This document shows positions 39,070 through 47,796 of a stretch of 64,000 nt of DNA, in pieces (positions within the stretch are counted from its first letter, which is position 1; every line of letters begins with the position of its first letter). The stretch is from an uncultured bacterium (GTDB taxonomy: Bacteria; Omnitrophota; Omnitrophia; Omnitrophales; Aquincolibacteriaceae), in the NCBI GenBank assembly GCA_964385615.1, contig CAYLPP010000003.1, positions 11,288 to 75,287 on the forward strand, read 5' to 3'. A model generated the notes under the pieces. The model ran no database searches. It saw only the letters and a program-made list of their open reading frames with translations, and was not told where the DNA came from. A program made the position numbers and the translations under genes.

Positions 39070-39548
39070 CTGTGATGTGCGCCGCAACAAGTCTCATACC
39101 TCTCCGCCGGTATGGTTTCCATCGCAAGAAAAATCTGTGCGGCTTCCCTTTCTGTAATCAATTGATCGATCGCAGGGTAAAGAACCTGCTCTTCTTTATG
39201 ATTATGGGCCTCTAAGATTTCAACGAGCATTTCTTCATCGTCATCACTAGATGGATCGGCTTTTCTGACCTTTTCATGAATACGGTCGAGCAATGCCCCA
39301 ATGCGGCGGTGTTCTTCACGCATCACAAATGTAGGACCGCCTTGGCTGGTGCCGGACTTTTTTTCAAAAAGAGGAAAGAGAACGTCCTCTTCCCAAACAA
39401 TATGCCGTTTGAGCCCTTTAAAGAAGACCTTAAAATGCTGTTTTGCTTCGGGGAAGGATTCTCTTTTAAGCTCTTGAAAACTTGCGAAGGCCGCATCAAG
39501 ACGATTATGATCTGCTTCAAAATATTGAGTAACGATATTTTTTACCAT
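39066..39548 (-). CDS. hemerythrin HHE cation-binding domain protein (NO-stress-type di-iron protein)
   Basis: H..EE..LFP repeats. It is about 70% identical to 50833-51315 and directly downstream of an Rrf2 gene. Confidence 0.7.
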   Translation of the reverse strand: MVKNIVTQYFEADHNRLDAAFASFQELKRESFPEAKQHFKVFFKGLKRHIVWEEDVLFPLFEKKSGTSQGGPTFVMREEHRRIGALLDRIHEKVRKADPSSDDDEEMLVEILEAHNHKEEQVLYPAIDQLITEREAAQIFLAMETIPAERYETCCGAHHR

Positions 39549-39551
39549 TGT

Positions 39552-39986
39552 TTAATCCCCTTTATGAATTTTATGCAGAGAATGCTTACCGTTCTTTCTT
39601 AAATCCGACAGAGTTGTGGTTTTCAGAAGAGTTATGTACCGGCCCGAAATGTCAGCCCATTTATGATGCAATGTGCATGGATTGCTGTCCGAGCAAGAAG
39701 CTCTGCCCATAATACAGCGCTCCCACTTTCCCACCTGCTCAACAGGCTCGATAATGTCATATAAAGTGACTTTTTCAGGCTCCTTTACTAATCGAAAACC
39801 GCCGCCTAATCCCTTTTGAGATTCCACAATGCCCGCTCTGCAAAGAGACTGAAGCAGCTTACTCAGATAATTTGCCGGCGCCTTTAATTGCTTGGCAATC
39901 TGTATCGCTCCAGCGTATTTGCTTTCCGGTAGCTCGGAGAGTGCCATCAAAGCCCGAATCGCAAGCGTTCCTGTTTTACTAATCAT
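39552..39986 (-). CDS. Rrf2 family transcriptional regulator (three Cys)
   Basis: GLGGGFRL block plus CIMGRASCSDSNPC. Confidence 0.75.
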   Translation of the reverse strand: MISKTGTLAIRALMALSELPESKYAGAIQIAKQLKAPANYLSKLLQSLCRAGIVESQKGLGGGFRLVKEPEKVTLYDIIEPVEQVGKWERCIMGRASCSDSNPCTLHHKWADISGRYITLLKTTTLSDLRKNGKHSLHKIHKGD

Positions 39987-39994
39987 TTTAGGAT

Positions 39995-40016
39995 AATAGC
40001 ATGTCTATATGCTATT
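39995..40016. promoter_or_regulatory. 8-6-8 perfect palindrome upstream of the Rrf2/hemerythrin operon
   Basis: AATAGCAT-GTCTAT-ATGCTATT, 9 bp upstream of the Rrf2 start. Confidence 0.45.
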
Positions 40017-40119
40017 TAAAAGAGTTTTTTGCTTTCTTTTTAGATGATCCTTCTAGGCAAACGAGTAGGAAGAGCGCAGCATTAAATGTCCCTGCGTGCG
40101 ATCAGGAAATGACTCTGTC

Positions 40120-40647
40120 TTATATTTTGGATAAGAATCCAAGAGAATCGGCTTTTAAGAGGTGGGACTCCACTAACTCATCAAGCATTGTTCGAAATCG
40201 AGCTAACTGGCTGGATTCATCGCCTAAGCGAACAATTTCTAGTAGCCGCCGCAAATGAAACTGTTTTACGATTTCCGCATTCTGATTTTCTTTGAGAAAG
40301 TTTCGAACAGACTCGGGCAGTTCTAACGTCTTAAGAACACGGGCAATGTAAGACCAATCTTCTCCTGTTAATTCTGATAAGGCTCGGACGCTTTTAACTC
40401 CAGTAGTTTCTCGAAGCTTACGGTAATAGGCAGCTTTCTTTAAGGGGAAGTTTTCTATTCTTTTGAGGTACGTCTGGTGCTTTTCCCAGATCCTCTTGTC
40501 GATAGAGTGAACGTCGGTCAAATCTTCCGGGCGCTCTCCAAAAACTATCTGTTGTCGGCGATTGTTGAAGATGCTATAAAACGCTTGGGAAAATTTAAAA
40601 ACACGGGTCTGCGCCTTATTCACGCAGAGTAACCGCGCGGGCCCCAT
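40120..40647 (-). CDS. ParB-like HTH domain protein, copy B (track ORF extends to 40815)
   Basis: Shared blocks with copies A and C. The candidate start GAGGAACAAATGGGGCCC (ATG at 40647) lies inside the proximal tandem repeat. The longer ORF's N-terminus is encoded by repeats and hairpins. Confidence 0.55.
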   Translation of the reverse strand: MGPARLLCVNKAQTRVFKFSQAFYSIFNNRRQQIVFGERPEDLTDVHSIDKRIWEKHQTYLKRIENFPLKKAAYYRKLRETTGVKSVRALSELTGEDWSYIARVLKTLELPESVRNFLKENQNAEIVKQFHLRRLLEIVRLGDESSQLARFRTMLDELVESHLLKADSLGFLSKI

Positions 40648-40735
40648 TTGTTCCTCGCCTGCGAATACGCGAGATTTTAAGCCACTAGAAATATTCGCGT
40701 GGAGTAACTGCGAGGACCCCATTTGTTCTGACGAA
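40621..40735. repeat. two tandem ~65-bp repeats at the 5' end of copy B
   Basis: Units near 40621-40665 and 40694-40735 share ...GAGTAAC.GCG.GG.CCCCATTTGTTC... with the copy A repeats. Confidence 0.75.
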
Positions 40736-40755
40736 CCGAAGGAGTAAAACTCCAC

Positions 40756-40794
40756 GTTTTTGATACGCACTGCTATAGAGTGCGTATCAAAAAC
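40756..40794. promoter_or_regulatory. 16-bp perfect inverted repeat between copy B and the divergent XRE gene (candidate operator)
   Basis: GTTTTTGATACGCACT-GCTATAG-AGTGCGTATCAAAAAC. Confidence 0.45.
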
Positions 40795-40976
40795 ACGGTT
40801 CGTTGAGGGTAACATGAGGACCCGTCAAAAGGGACTAGAACCATAGTAGCAGCTATCTCCGCTTTTCCTCTCCTTTTAGTTAGTCGCCGACAAGTTCGCA
40901 TAAAGTTTCTTAACCTCCGAGCATACCCATGTGACGTCAGCCGGTCGGAGGAAAAGAACGGATATTTGGACTCATA

Positions 40977-41171
40977 GTGAGAAAACTACGAGAGCAGAAG
41001 GGTTTTACCCAGGAATCCTACGCGGATCACCTCGGGATTGACCGCAGCTATGCGGGGCGCATTGAGCGCGGAGAAGCCTCCGTTACCCTGCATAAGATTG
41101 GGCTTATTGCAAAGAGCTTTGGCATGAGCAAGTGGGAACTCCTCAAAGAAGTTGAGAATAAAGCAGTCTAA
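40977..41171 (+). CDS. XRE-family (Cro/CI-type) HTH transcriptional regulator
   Basis: GTG start, then (M)RKLREQKGFTQESYADHLGIDRSYAGRIERGE: a typical XRE HTH of about 64 aa. Confidence 0.65.
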   Translation: MRKLREQKGFTQESYADHLGIDRSYAGRIERGEASVTLHKIGLIAKSFGMSKWELLKEVENKAV

Positions 41172-41276
41172 ACGTTTTAACCTTCCTCGCTTGCCTTATT
41201 TACCTTCCAAGGACTGATACTTCACTCATGCGCTCTATTTGATCCCATTGTTCACCTGCAGTGAATCCGAACTCGT

Positions 41277-41789
41277 CTAACTACCGATGGCTCGTTTAAC
41301 CTCAATCAATTCCCTTACACGGATTGAAGCAAGTCCGCGGATCGGAAAATGCATCAGATAAGCTCTGACATTCCTGATATTTTTTTGCCATCCATATTCA
41401 CATTGCTTGGAACCTTGAAATAGATTGTAGGTGACTTTACCTATAAAGCAAATAACTTGGGGCTTGTGCATTTGTATCATTCTTAATACACGTTTTATGC
41501 CGGACCGCCCTTCGTCTTTTCTGAGCATAGTCACATCGATCGTAGGCCTATTCACCAAATTCATAAAATTTAATTCATATTTCTGTAGGAATTTTTTATC
41601 GTAAATATTCTTGAGAGACTCGTCGCACTTGAGATTGCTTTCAAGTTCATTCAGAAGACCGGCTCTATTCAACAAATACCAAAACATTTTGTTGTTTGAA
41701 AAAGGCACACCTCTTCGGTATGAACCCGGATGGGGGTTAATTCCCACAAACAGGATTTTTGCATTTTTCGATATTTTATATTTGATCAT
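41277..41789 (-). CDS. mismatch-specific uracil-DNA glycosylase (MUG/TDG family)
   Basis: ILFVGINPHPGS and NNKMFW blocks resembling the MUG GINPG...NRFW motifs. The start is MIKYKIS. Confidence 0.55.
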   Translation of the reverse strand: MIKYKISKNAKILFVGINPHPGSYRRGVPFSNNKMFWYLLNRAGLLNELESNLKCDESLKNIYDKKFLQKYELNFMNLVNRPTIDVTMLRKDEGRSGIKRVLRMIQMHKPQVICFIGKVTYNLFQGSKQCEYGWQKNIRNVRAYLMHFPIRGLASIRVRELIEVKRAIGS

Positions 41790-41823
41790 GACAACTTTCC
41801 GGTGACAAAACGAATCGTTTGGG

Positions 41824-43185
41824 TTATTTCTGTACGGGATCAACGATCAGGCGTGCCGCGCGGTCGTAACGAATATAATCCCAGAGCCAATTAATAAAAG
41901 CAACGACACGATTACGAAAACCGACCAGTGACATTAAATGAAACAAAACCCATATTAGCCAAGCTGCTGCGCCGTGAGATTTCAAAAATTTTAATTCTAC
42001 AACCGCCCGGTTGCGTCCGACTGTGGCCATAACGCCATAATCCTTATAAACAAAGGGTTTCATTTCTTGTTTCATCAACAGCCTCTTGAAATTTTTGGCT
42101 AACATTGTCGCCTGCTGAATCGCCACAGGAGCCAACATCGGATGACCTTTAGGAAACTGCTCGGAAACCATGGCTGCCGTATCCCCAATTGCAAAAATAT
42201 CTTCACAGCCTTCTACTCTGTTAAATCGATCAACCTTAAGCCTGTTGGAAGAAGTAAACTGTTTTGAATCCAGTCCCTGAATTTCGTTTCCCATAACGCC
42301 GGCAGCCCAGATCACAATTTTCGAATACAGTTGCTTCCCATTTGAGAGCTTCAATATTTCCCCATCATAAGATTCAACCTTCACATTCAACTCTATATTG
42401 ACCTTTAATTTCTTCAAAGATAGCTCCGCAAAACGCGACGCCTGCTCCGACAACGTTTTGAACAAACGGTCTTGCATATCGATAATATAAATTTGCATTT
42501 GATCAATGTTCAGCTCAGGGTAATCTCTGGGGAAGATATCTTTTTTTAATTCCCCGAAAGCTCCTGCTAATTCGACTCCCGTAGGCCCGCCCCCGACAAT
42601 GACAATGTTCATCAATCTTTCTTTTCTCTTTTTATTATCCGTCAGGAGAGCCTGCTCAAACCTTTTCAAAATCAGATTTTTCAGGTTCACAGCCTCGGGA
42701 ACACCTTTCATATCAATGGCATTGCGCTTCATATCCTCAAGCCCAAAAAAATTCGTGCGGGCGCCGGAAGCAATCACTACATAATCGAATGAAATAATAC
42801 CAATCGATGTTTCCAGGAAGTGCTGAACAGAATTAATCTTAAATACTTCCGCCATCCGAAAGAAAAGATTGTCCTGCTTGTGGAAAATCTCGCGGAACGG
42901 AGAGGCAATTGACGGCGGTTCCATGGCAGAGGTCGCCACCTGATATAAAAGCGGTTGGAAAGTATGATAATTATTCTTGTCAATCAGAACAACCTGAACG
43001 TCTGTGTTTCTTAACCTCTTAGCCAGCTCAAGGCCTCCAAATCCCCCGCCAATAATAACGACTCTTGGTTTGCCGATGTCCGGAAGATTGGGCGATATCT
43101 CTTCGGGACAGCTGTCGAATTCTTCACAACGGTTCTTAAGGGACGGCATCAAATCGTCTTGTTTTTTCATGATAAGCTCTGTCAC
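41824..43185 (-). CDS. ndh: type II NADH:quinone oxidoreductase (NDH-2)
   Basis: Two GxGxxG Rossmann motifs (VVIIGGGFGG, IVIVGGGPTG) and a C-terminal membrane-anchor helix. Confidence 0.75.
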   Translation of the reverse strand: MTELIMKKQDDLMPSLKNRCEEFDSCPEEISPNLPDIGKPRVVIIGGGFGGLELAKRLRNTDVQVVLIDKNNYHTFQPLLYQVATSAMEPPSIASPFREIFHKQDNLFFRMAEVFKINSVQHFLETSIGIISFDYVVIASGARTNFFGLEDMKRNAIDMKGVPEAVNLKNLILKRFEQALLTDNKKRKERLMNIVIVGGGPTGVELAGAFGELKKDIFPRDYPELNIDQMQIYIIDMQDRLFKTLSEQASRFAELSLKKLKVNIELNVKVESYDGEILKLSNGKQLYSKIVIWAAGVMGNEIQGLDSKQFTSSNRLKVDRFNRVEGCEDIFAIGDTAAMVSEQFPKGHPMLAPVAIQQATMLAKNFKRLLMKQEMKPFVYKDYGVMATVGRNRAVVELKFLKSHGAAAWLIWVLFHLMSLVGFRNRVVAFINWLWDYIRYDRAARLIVDPVQK

Positions 43186-43427
43186 TGCTGACGCTTTTTT
43201 GATGGGTGATTTATTTTATCGAGTTTTCTGAGCGCTGAGCCTTTGTGCATGGCCAAATGATCGGTCTTGTCACTCTTAATCAAATATTGCGGTGTCTCCT
43301 TTGAAGCGTGGACCATATACCCCTTGAATTTGATAGGCGATGCAATCTTTTTCTTGATCGTTCCCCGAACGTATCCGGCTTCCGAATTCCACTCCACATG
43401 ATCTCCAATTTTAAATTTCTTGATCAT
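43182..43427 (-). CDS. DUF2945 (HVA1/Tudor-like) family small protein
   Basis: KFKIGDHVEWNSEAGYVRGTI block. Confidence 0.5.
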   Translation of the reverse strand: MIKKFKIGDHVEWNSEAGYVRGTIKKKIASPIKFKGYMVHASKETPQYLIKSDKTDHLAMHKGSALRKLDKINHPSKKRQQ

Positions 43428-44029
43428 CTTTTTTTGCCGCCTTTGACACCACGCCTATTTGCGTAGGATCGCTTCTTTGTAAGTTGTTTTGGTTTTGATA
43501 ACCCCTTCAGATTATCCGAGGGATACCAAATCTTCGTTCCTTTCACCGCGATCCAAGGTGTCAATTTGTGAGGGCTAGCATTTTTTAAATTCATGATGTG
43601 CCGCACTTCCCATCCACGCACAGTCAGCGCATCGGCGATCAAAGAGCGATGGCAACGCCAGGGAACCGCCTCGGCGCACATGATCGCGACACGGCGCGTC
43701 TTCGCCAGAGATAAAAGCCTTTTTAACCCCTGCCGGAACTGCAAGGTTTGCATATAATCCGCATATCCCCGGAACGAAGCATTTCGCCAGCCCGTATTCA
43801 CTGAATTCGATATCGTTTTCCGTAAACCTCCTAAACCGGAGAGATGCTGGTAGCGTATATCGCTTAAAGCCAGTTCAGCGGGAAGCAACTCTTTGTTGAA
43901 TTGAGGATTGTGCCGTGAGCGTGGAATGGTACGGACATCCACCAGCATTCTGATTTGATACGCCTCCAAAAGACGAATGAACTCCAATACCGGTGAAGTG
44001 GAGTGCCCGATGGTAAAAATCTCTTTCAT
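43424..44029 (-). CDS. DUF488 family protein
   Basis: TIGHS...LVDVRTIPRS N-terminal block. Confidence 0.5.
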   Translation of the reverse strand: MKEIFTIGHSTSPVLEFIRLLEAYQIRMLVDVRTIPRSRHNPQFNKELLPAELALSDIRYQHLSGLGGLRKTISNSVNTGWRNASFRGYADYMQTLQFRQGLKRLLSLAKTRRVAIMCAEAVPWRCHRSLIADALTVRGWEVRHIMNLKNASPHKLTPWIAVKGTKIWYPSDNLKGLSKPKQLTKKRSYANRRGVKGGKKR

Positions 44030-44032
44030 AAA

Positions 44033-46768
44033 CTATGACCTCGCTAGATCCAAAGAGAAAATAACTTTATCGTCCGATTCCCCGATTATGGCGAAATTAA
44101 GTTTTTCGAAAATCTTTCTCATGACAATATTATCCATCAGCATTTCAGCCGCAACCGTTGCGACGCCTTCCTTTTTCGCGATATCGGTGACGAGACTCAG
44201 AAGCTTTTCTCCGATACCTTGATTCTGATTTTGATCGTTTACGATCATTGAAAATTTGGCGGCGTCTCCTTGAGTTTTAGTTAAACGCGCTACGGCTAAA
44301 ATCTCATTTTTTGACTCTTGAGATTCAACAACCAGAGCAATTTGTCGGTCGTAGTCGTTGTAACACACGCGTGAAAGACGGTCATGGGCAACGCGTTCGG
44401 TCAAGCCGATGCTTTTAAAATACCGCCGCCGTACGGTCTTTTCAGATAACGCACGGTGAAAATTTACCAGAGAAGGCTCATCTTCGGGTCGGATGGGCCG
44501 AATGACAACGGACAATCCGTTTTTTGTTGTCCACCGGTAAATATATTCAGACGGATAGGGCCGGATCGCCGGGCGCGGAAGTTTATTGTCCGGCATGTTC
44601 TGCTCGTGAAGCACGATTCGTGCATCCAAGGCAATCATCTCTTCCCCTGAAACCAACAAAGGATTGATGTCGATCTCCCGGATCCGTGGATGTTCGAGCA
44701 CTAACCGTGAAAATTTCACGAGGATATCCGAAAGTTTTTCAAGGTTGACCGACGGCTGCCCTCTGACTCCGGTTAATGCTTTAAAGATGCGTGTTTTCTC
44801 GATTAATTGCCGGGCAAGCGTGGCATTAAGCGGCGGCAATGCAAGGGCGTAGTCTTTCATAACCTCTACGAGCTGACCTCCGGCTCCGAACGCAATAACC
44901 GGACCGAATTGTGGGTCGGCCGAGCTTCCAAGCAGAAGTTCATAGCCGTTCCGATCAATCATCCGCTGGACCGATACGCCTTGAAACGAATCTTCTCCTT
45001 TTAAAGAAACAACCGAGGAACGGATCGCCTTAAACGCGGCGCGTGTTTCCTCCGCCGTTTGGAGATTTAAGCGTACCCCGCCGACATCCGTCTTGTGAGT
45101 AATCGTCAAAGAGAAAAGCTTAAGGACTACGGGATAGCCGATATGTTCTGCAATCTTGACAGTTTCGTTCTCATCATGGGCAATAATTGTTTCAACCGCC
45201 GGAATCCCGTAATGGGTCAGGATTTTTTTAGCTTCATCCTCAGTTAAAACATTTCTGCCTGATTCTTGGATAAGCCGGATGAGATTTGCGGTATCCAAAC
45301 GAAGAGCGCTGTCTAAATTTCCGGATGAAGCAGGCGTTTGATAAAGCAGATCAAGGCCATGCTGATATTTCCACATATAATTGAACATCTGAGCTGCCTG
45401 ATCCGGATAATCCGAAACAGGAATTCCCGCTTTCGTTAGAAATGGGATTCCTTTGGATGTCTCGACCCCTCCCATCCAACTCGCAAGAACGGGTTTTTGA
45501 TTCGACTTAAGGCGCTCTGAAAGGAGTTCGGCAGTCTTTGCAGGATCCGTCATTGACTGAGGCGTAAGGATCACGAGAAGAGCATCCGTTGTTTCATCGC
45601 CGGCAAGAATCTCAGTCGCCTGGGCATAGCGCTCAGGGCCGGCATCTCCCAAGATATCAACGGGGTTTCCGTGACTCCAATGCGGCGGAAGGAGCTTATC
45701 AAGGGAACTTATCGTACTCGGCGAAAGTTCCGCGAGCTTGCCGCCTCCTTCTATTAAGCTGTCGGTCGCCAGAACACCGGGGCCGCCCGCATTGGTAAGA
45801 ATCGAAAGCCGCGGACCGCGCGGACGCAGCTGTTTGGCCAGAATATTCGCCAAATGAAAAAGTTCCCCGATATTTTTGACACGGATAACGCCCGCCCGTT
45901 CAAACGCAGCATTTAATACTTCATCACTGCCGGCCAGCGAACCTGTGTGAGAAGCCGCGGCTTTGGCAGCGGCTTCCGTCCGGCCCGCTTTAAGGATAAT
46001 AATGGGTTTGCAGAGAGAAACCTCTCGTGCCGCAGACATAAACGAACGCGCGTCTCCAACCGATTCCATATAAATCAGAATACTTTTCGTCTTCGGATCA
46101 TTGCCCAAATAATCAATCAGGTCCCCCCAGTTCACGTCCAGCATCGAACCCAATGAAACGAAAGAGCTGAAACCCACACGGGCCCCAAAACTCCAATCTA
46201 GGATCGCCGTGCATAAAGCGCCGCTTTGACTTAAAAATGCAACGCTCCCCGGTTTGGCCATGCGGTCCGCGAACGTCGCGTTGAATTGCATGTGCGGGTT
46301 CATCACTCCAAGACAATTAGGCCCGATGATACGGACGCGCCCCCGGGCGGCCTTAAGCACTTGCCGTTCGAGCTCCGCTCCAGGCGCTCCCAGCTCTTTG
46401 AAGCCGGCTGAAATAATAATTGCGGACCTGATTCCGGCCGCAGCGCATTCGGCGATGAGGTCCGGCACGGTCTGCGAAGGCGTGACAATCACAGCAAGAT
46501 CTGGTTTTTCTGGTATCCCGGCAATGGACTGATAGGCAGGCACTCCGCAAACAGCGGTTCTCTTGGGATTGACCGGATAAACCTTCCCCTTAAATAAGGA
46601 GACAAGATTGTTGGTAAGCGTAAAGCCGACACTGTGCGGCTTCTCTGTCGCTCCGATAATGGCAACGGAATTAGGTTTAAAGAAAGCGTCGAGAGCGTGT
46701 GAACCAAGACGCCAAATATCGTGTGCCGGGTCTCGGAGAATTGATTGGCTTTTGATTTTTTGAGTCAT
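44033..46768 (-). CDS. bifunctional ADP-forming acetyl-CoA synthetase-like / GNAT protein acetyltransferase (Pat-like)
   Basis: CoA-binding and succinyl-CoA-synthetase-like ATP-grasp domains followed by a C-terminal GNAT. 911 aa. Confidence 0.75.
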   Translation of the reverse strand: MTQKIKSQSILRDPAHDIWRLGSHALDAFFKPNSVAIIGATEKPHSVGFTLTNNLVSLFKGKVYPVNPKRTAVCGVPAYQSIAGIPEKPDLAVIVTPSQTVPDLIAECAAAGIRSAIIISAGFKELGAPGAELERQVLKAARGRVRIIGPNCLGVMNPHMQFNATFADRMAKPGSVAFLSQSGALCTAILDWSFGARVGFSSFVSLGSMLDVNWGDLIDYLGNDPKTKSILIYMESVGDARSFMSAAREVSLCKPIIILKAGRTEAAAKAAASHTGSLAGSDEVLNAAFERAGVIRVKNIGELFHLANILAKQLRPRGPRLSILTNAGGPGVLATDSLIEGGGKLAELSPSTISSLDKLLPPHWSHGNPVDILGDAGPERYAQATEILAGDETTDALLVILTPQSMTDPAKTAELLSERLKSNQKPVLASWMGGVETSKGIPFLTKAGIPVSDYPDQAAQMFNYMWKYQHGLDLLYQTPASSGNLDSALRLDTANLIRLIQESGRNVLTEDEAKKILTHYGIPAVETIIAHDENETVKIAEHIGYPVVLKLFSLTITHKTDVGGVRLNLQTAEETRAAFKAIRSSVVSLKGEDSFQGVSVQRMIDRNGYELLLGSSADPQFGPVIAFGAGGQLVEVMKDYALALPPLNATLARQLIEKTRIFKALTGVRGQPSVNLEKLSDILVKFSRLVLEHPRIREIDINPLLVSGEEMIALDARIVLHEQNMPDNKLPRPAIRPYPSEYIYRWTTKNGLSVVIRPIRPEDEPSLVNFHRALSEKTVRRRYFKSIGLTERVAHDRLSRVCYNDYDRQIALVVESQESKNEILAVARLTKTQGDAAKFSMIVNDQNQNQGIGEKLLSLVTDIAKKEGVATVAAEMLMDNIVMRKIFEKLNFAIIGESDDKVIFSLDLARS

Positions 46769-46849
46769 GATAAATCTTTTTATCCTCTAGCTAAACTATC
46801 TATAAACTCAAATGATTGAATCCCTCAGGAGAAATTTGTAACGATTCAA

Positions 46850-46880
46850 AGGTGCGAGTCGATTTGCCCCGCACCTTTTT
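46850..46880. terminator. hairpin terminator-like element downstream of the FNR-like gene
   Basis: AGGTGCG-13 nt-CGCACCT followed by TTTTT on the plus strand, flanked by AAAGG on the other side (possibly bidirectional). Confidence 0.35.
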
Positions 46881-46973
46881 GCGTAATCTCGATTCTTACG
46901 CCACTTGTTCCATATCCATTGGCAAACCCGCTTCTTTCCATAATCAAACTTAAACATATAATTTCTTGGGTTT

Positions 46974-47675
46974 TTAATAGTTACTTTCGTCATATCCCGG
47001 AAACCAGTCTTGCTTGATACTGACTCCGAGTTCGCGTAAATTCGCGCCAATACTTTCCACCATAGGCTCTGGACCAGATAAATAAACAATTTGATTTTTC
47101 GATTGAGGCGCAAGCTCTAATATCTTTTCTGCTGAAATTGGCTCACCGACGATACTATTGAGAACAAATTCCGGATGATCTTGTTCCAGTAACCGGAACT
47201 CATTCTCAAACGGAATTTCGCTTGTACGGTTAAAATATAAAAGCGTGGCGTTAAGCGGCTTTCCCACGGCCTTTCGTTCAAGCAGGATGCTTCGAAAAGG
47301 CGTTACGCCAATACCTCCCGCGACGAGCACAACTCTTTCACTCTCCTTCTCTTCCCAAATAAAATCTCCGCTGAGACCGTACACCTGCATTTCATCGCCT
47401 AATTTCAAGGCATTGAGCGCCTGTTTGAACTTACTTTTGGATATCCGCGTCGAGATATTGATCGTCCCTTCACTTGGGGCTGAAGCGATGGTAAACCAGC
47501 GTTGATTTTCTTCTTTGGTAACTCCTGCCCGTGGCAGCACACAAGCCTGGCTCTGTCCGGCAATCCAAACAAGTCCTCCGGTTTCAAATATAAATGTCCG
47601 GATATTTCCAGCCTCTTTCCGCGAAGAGATGAGTTTCAATGTTCTTGTTTTTTGCTTTTCGTTCATCAAGGTCAT
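46974..47675 (-). CDS. FAD/NAD(P)-binding oxidoreductase (ferredoxin-NADP reductase-like)
   Basis: RWFTIASAP (RxYS-like FAD site) and LVAGGIGVTPF NAD(P) motifs. Confidence 0.65.
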   Translation of the reverse strand: MTLMNEKQKTRTLKLISSRKEAGNIRTFIFETGGLVWIAGQSQACVLPRAGVTKEENQRWFTIASAPSEGTINISTRISKSKFKQALNALKLGDEMQVYGLSGDFIWEEKESERVVLVAGGIGVTPFRSILLERKAVGKPLNATLLYFNRTSEIPFENEFRLLEQDHPEFVLNSIVGEPISAEKILELAPQSKNQIVYLSGPEPMVESIGANLRELGVSIKQDWFPGYDESNY

Positions 47676-47796
47676 AAATTCTCCTTAATATTTTTTGTTT
47701 GTTTCGGAGGTTGAAACGATTCCGGGCATCCACGCACCCGCAATCAATCCTCTTGTTCCGGGTTTCACGGCAACCGGAATAATATGCCCCCACAGG

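Noticed and set aside
46808-47113. 101-aa minus-strand ORF
   Set aside because: It overlaps the 3' end of the FNR-like gene in another frame and continues into an intergenic hairpin. It is likely spurious.
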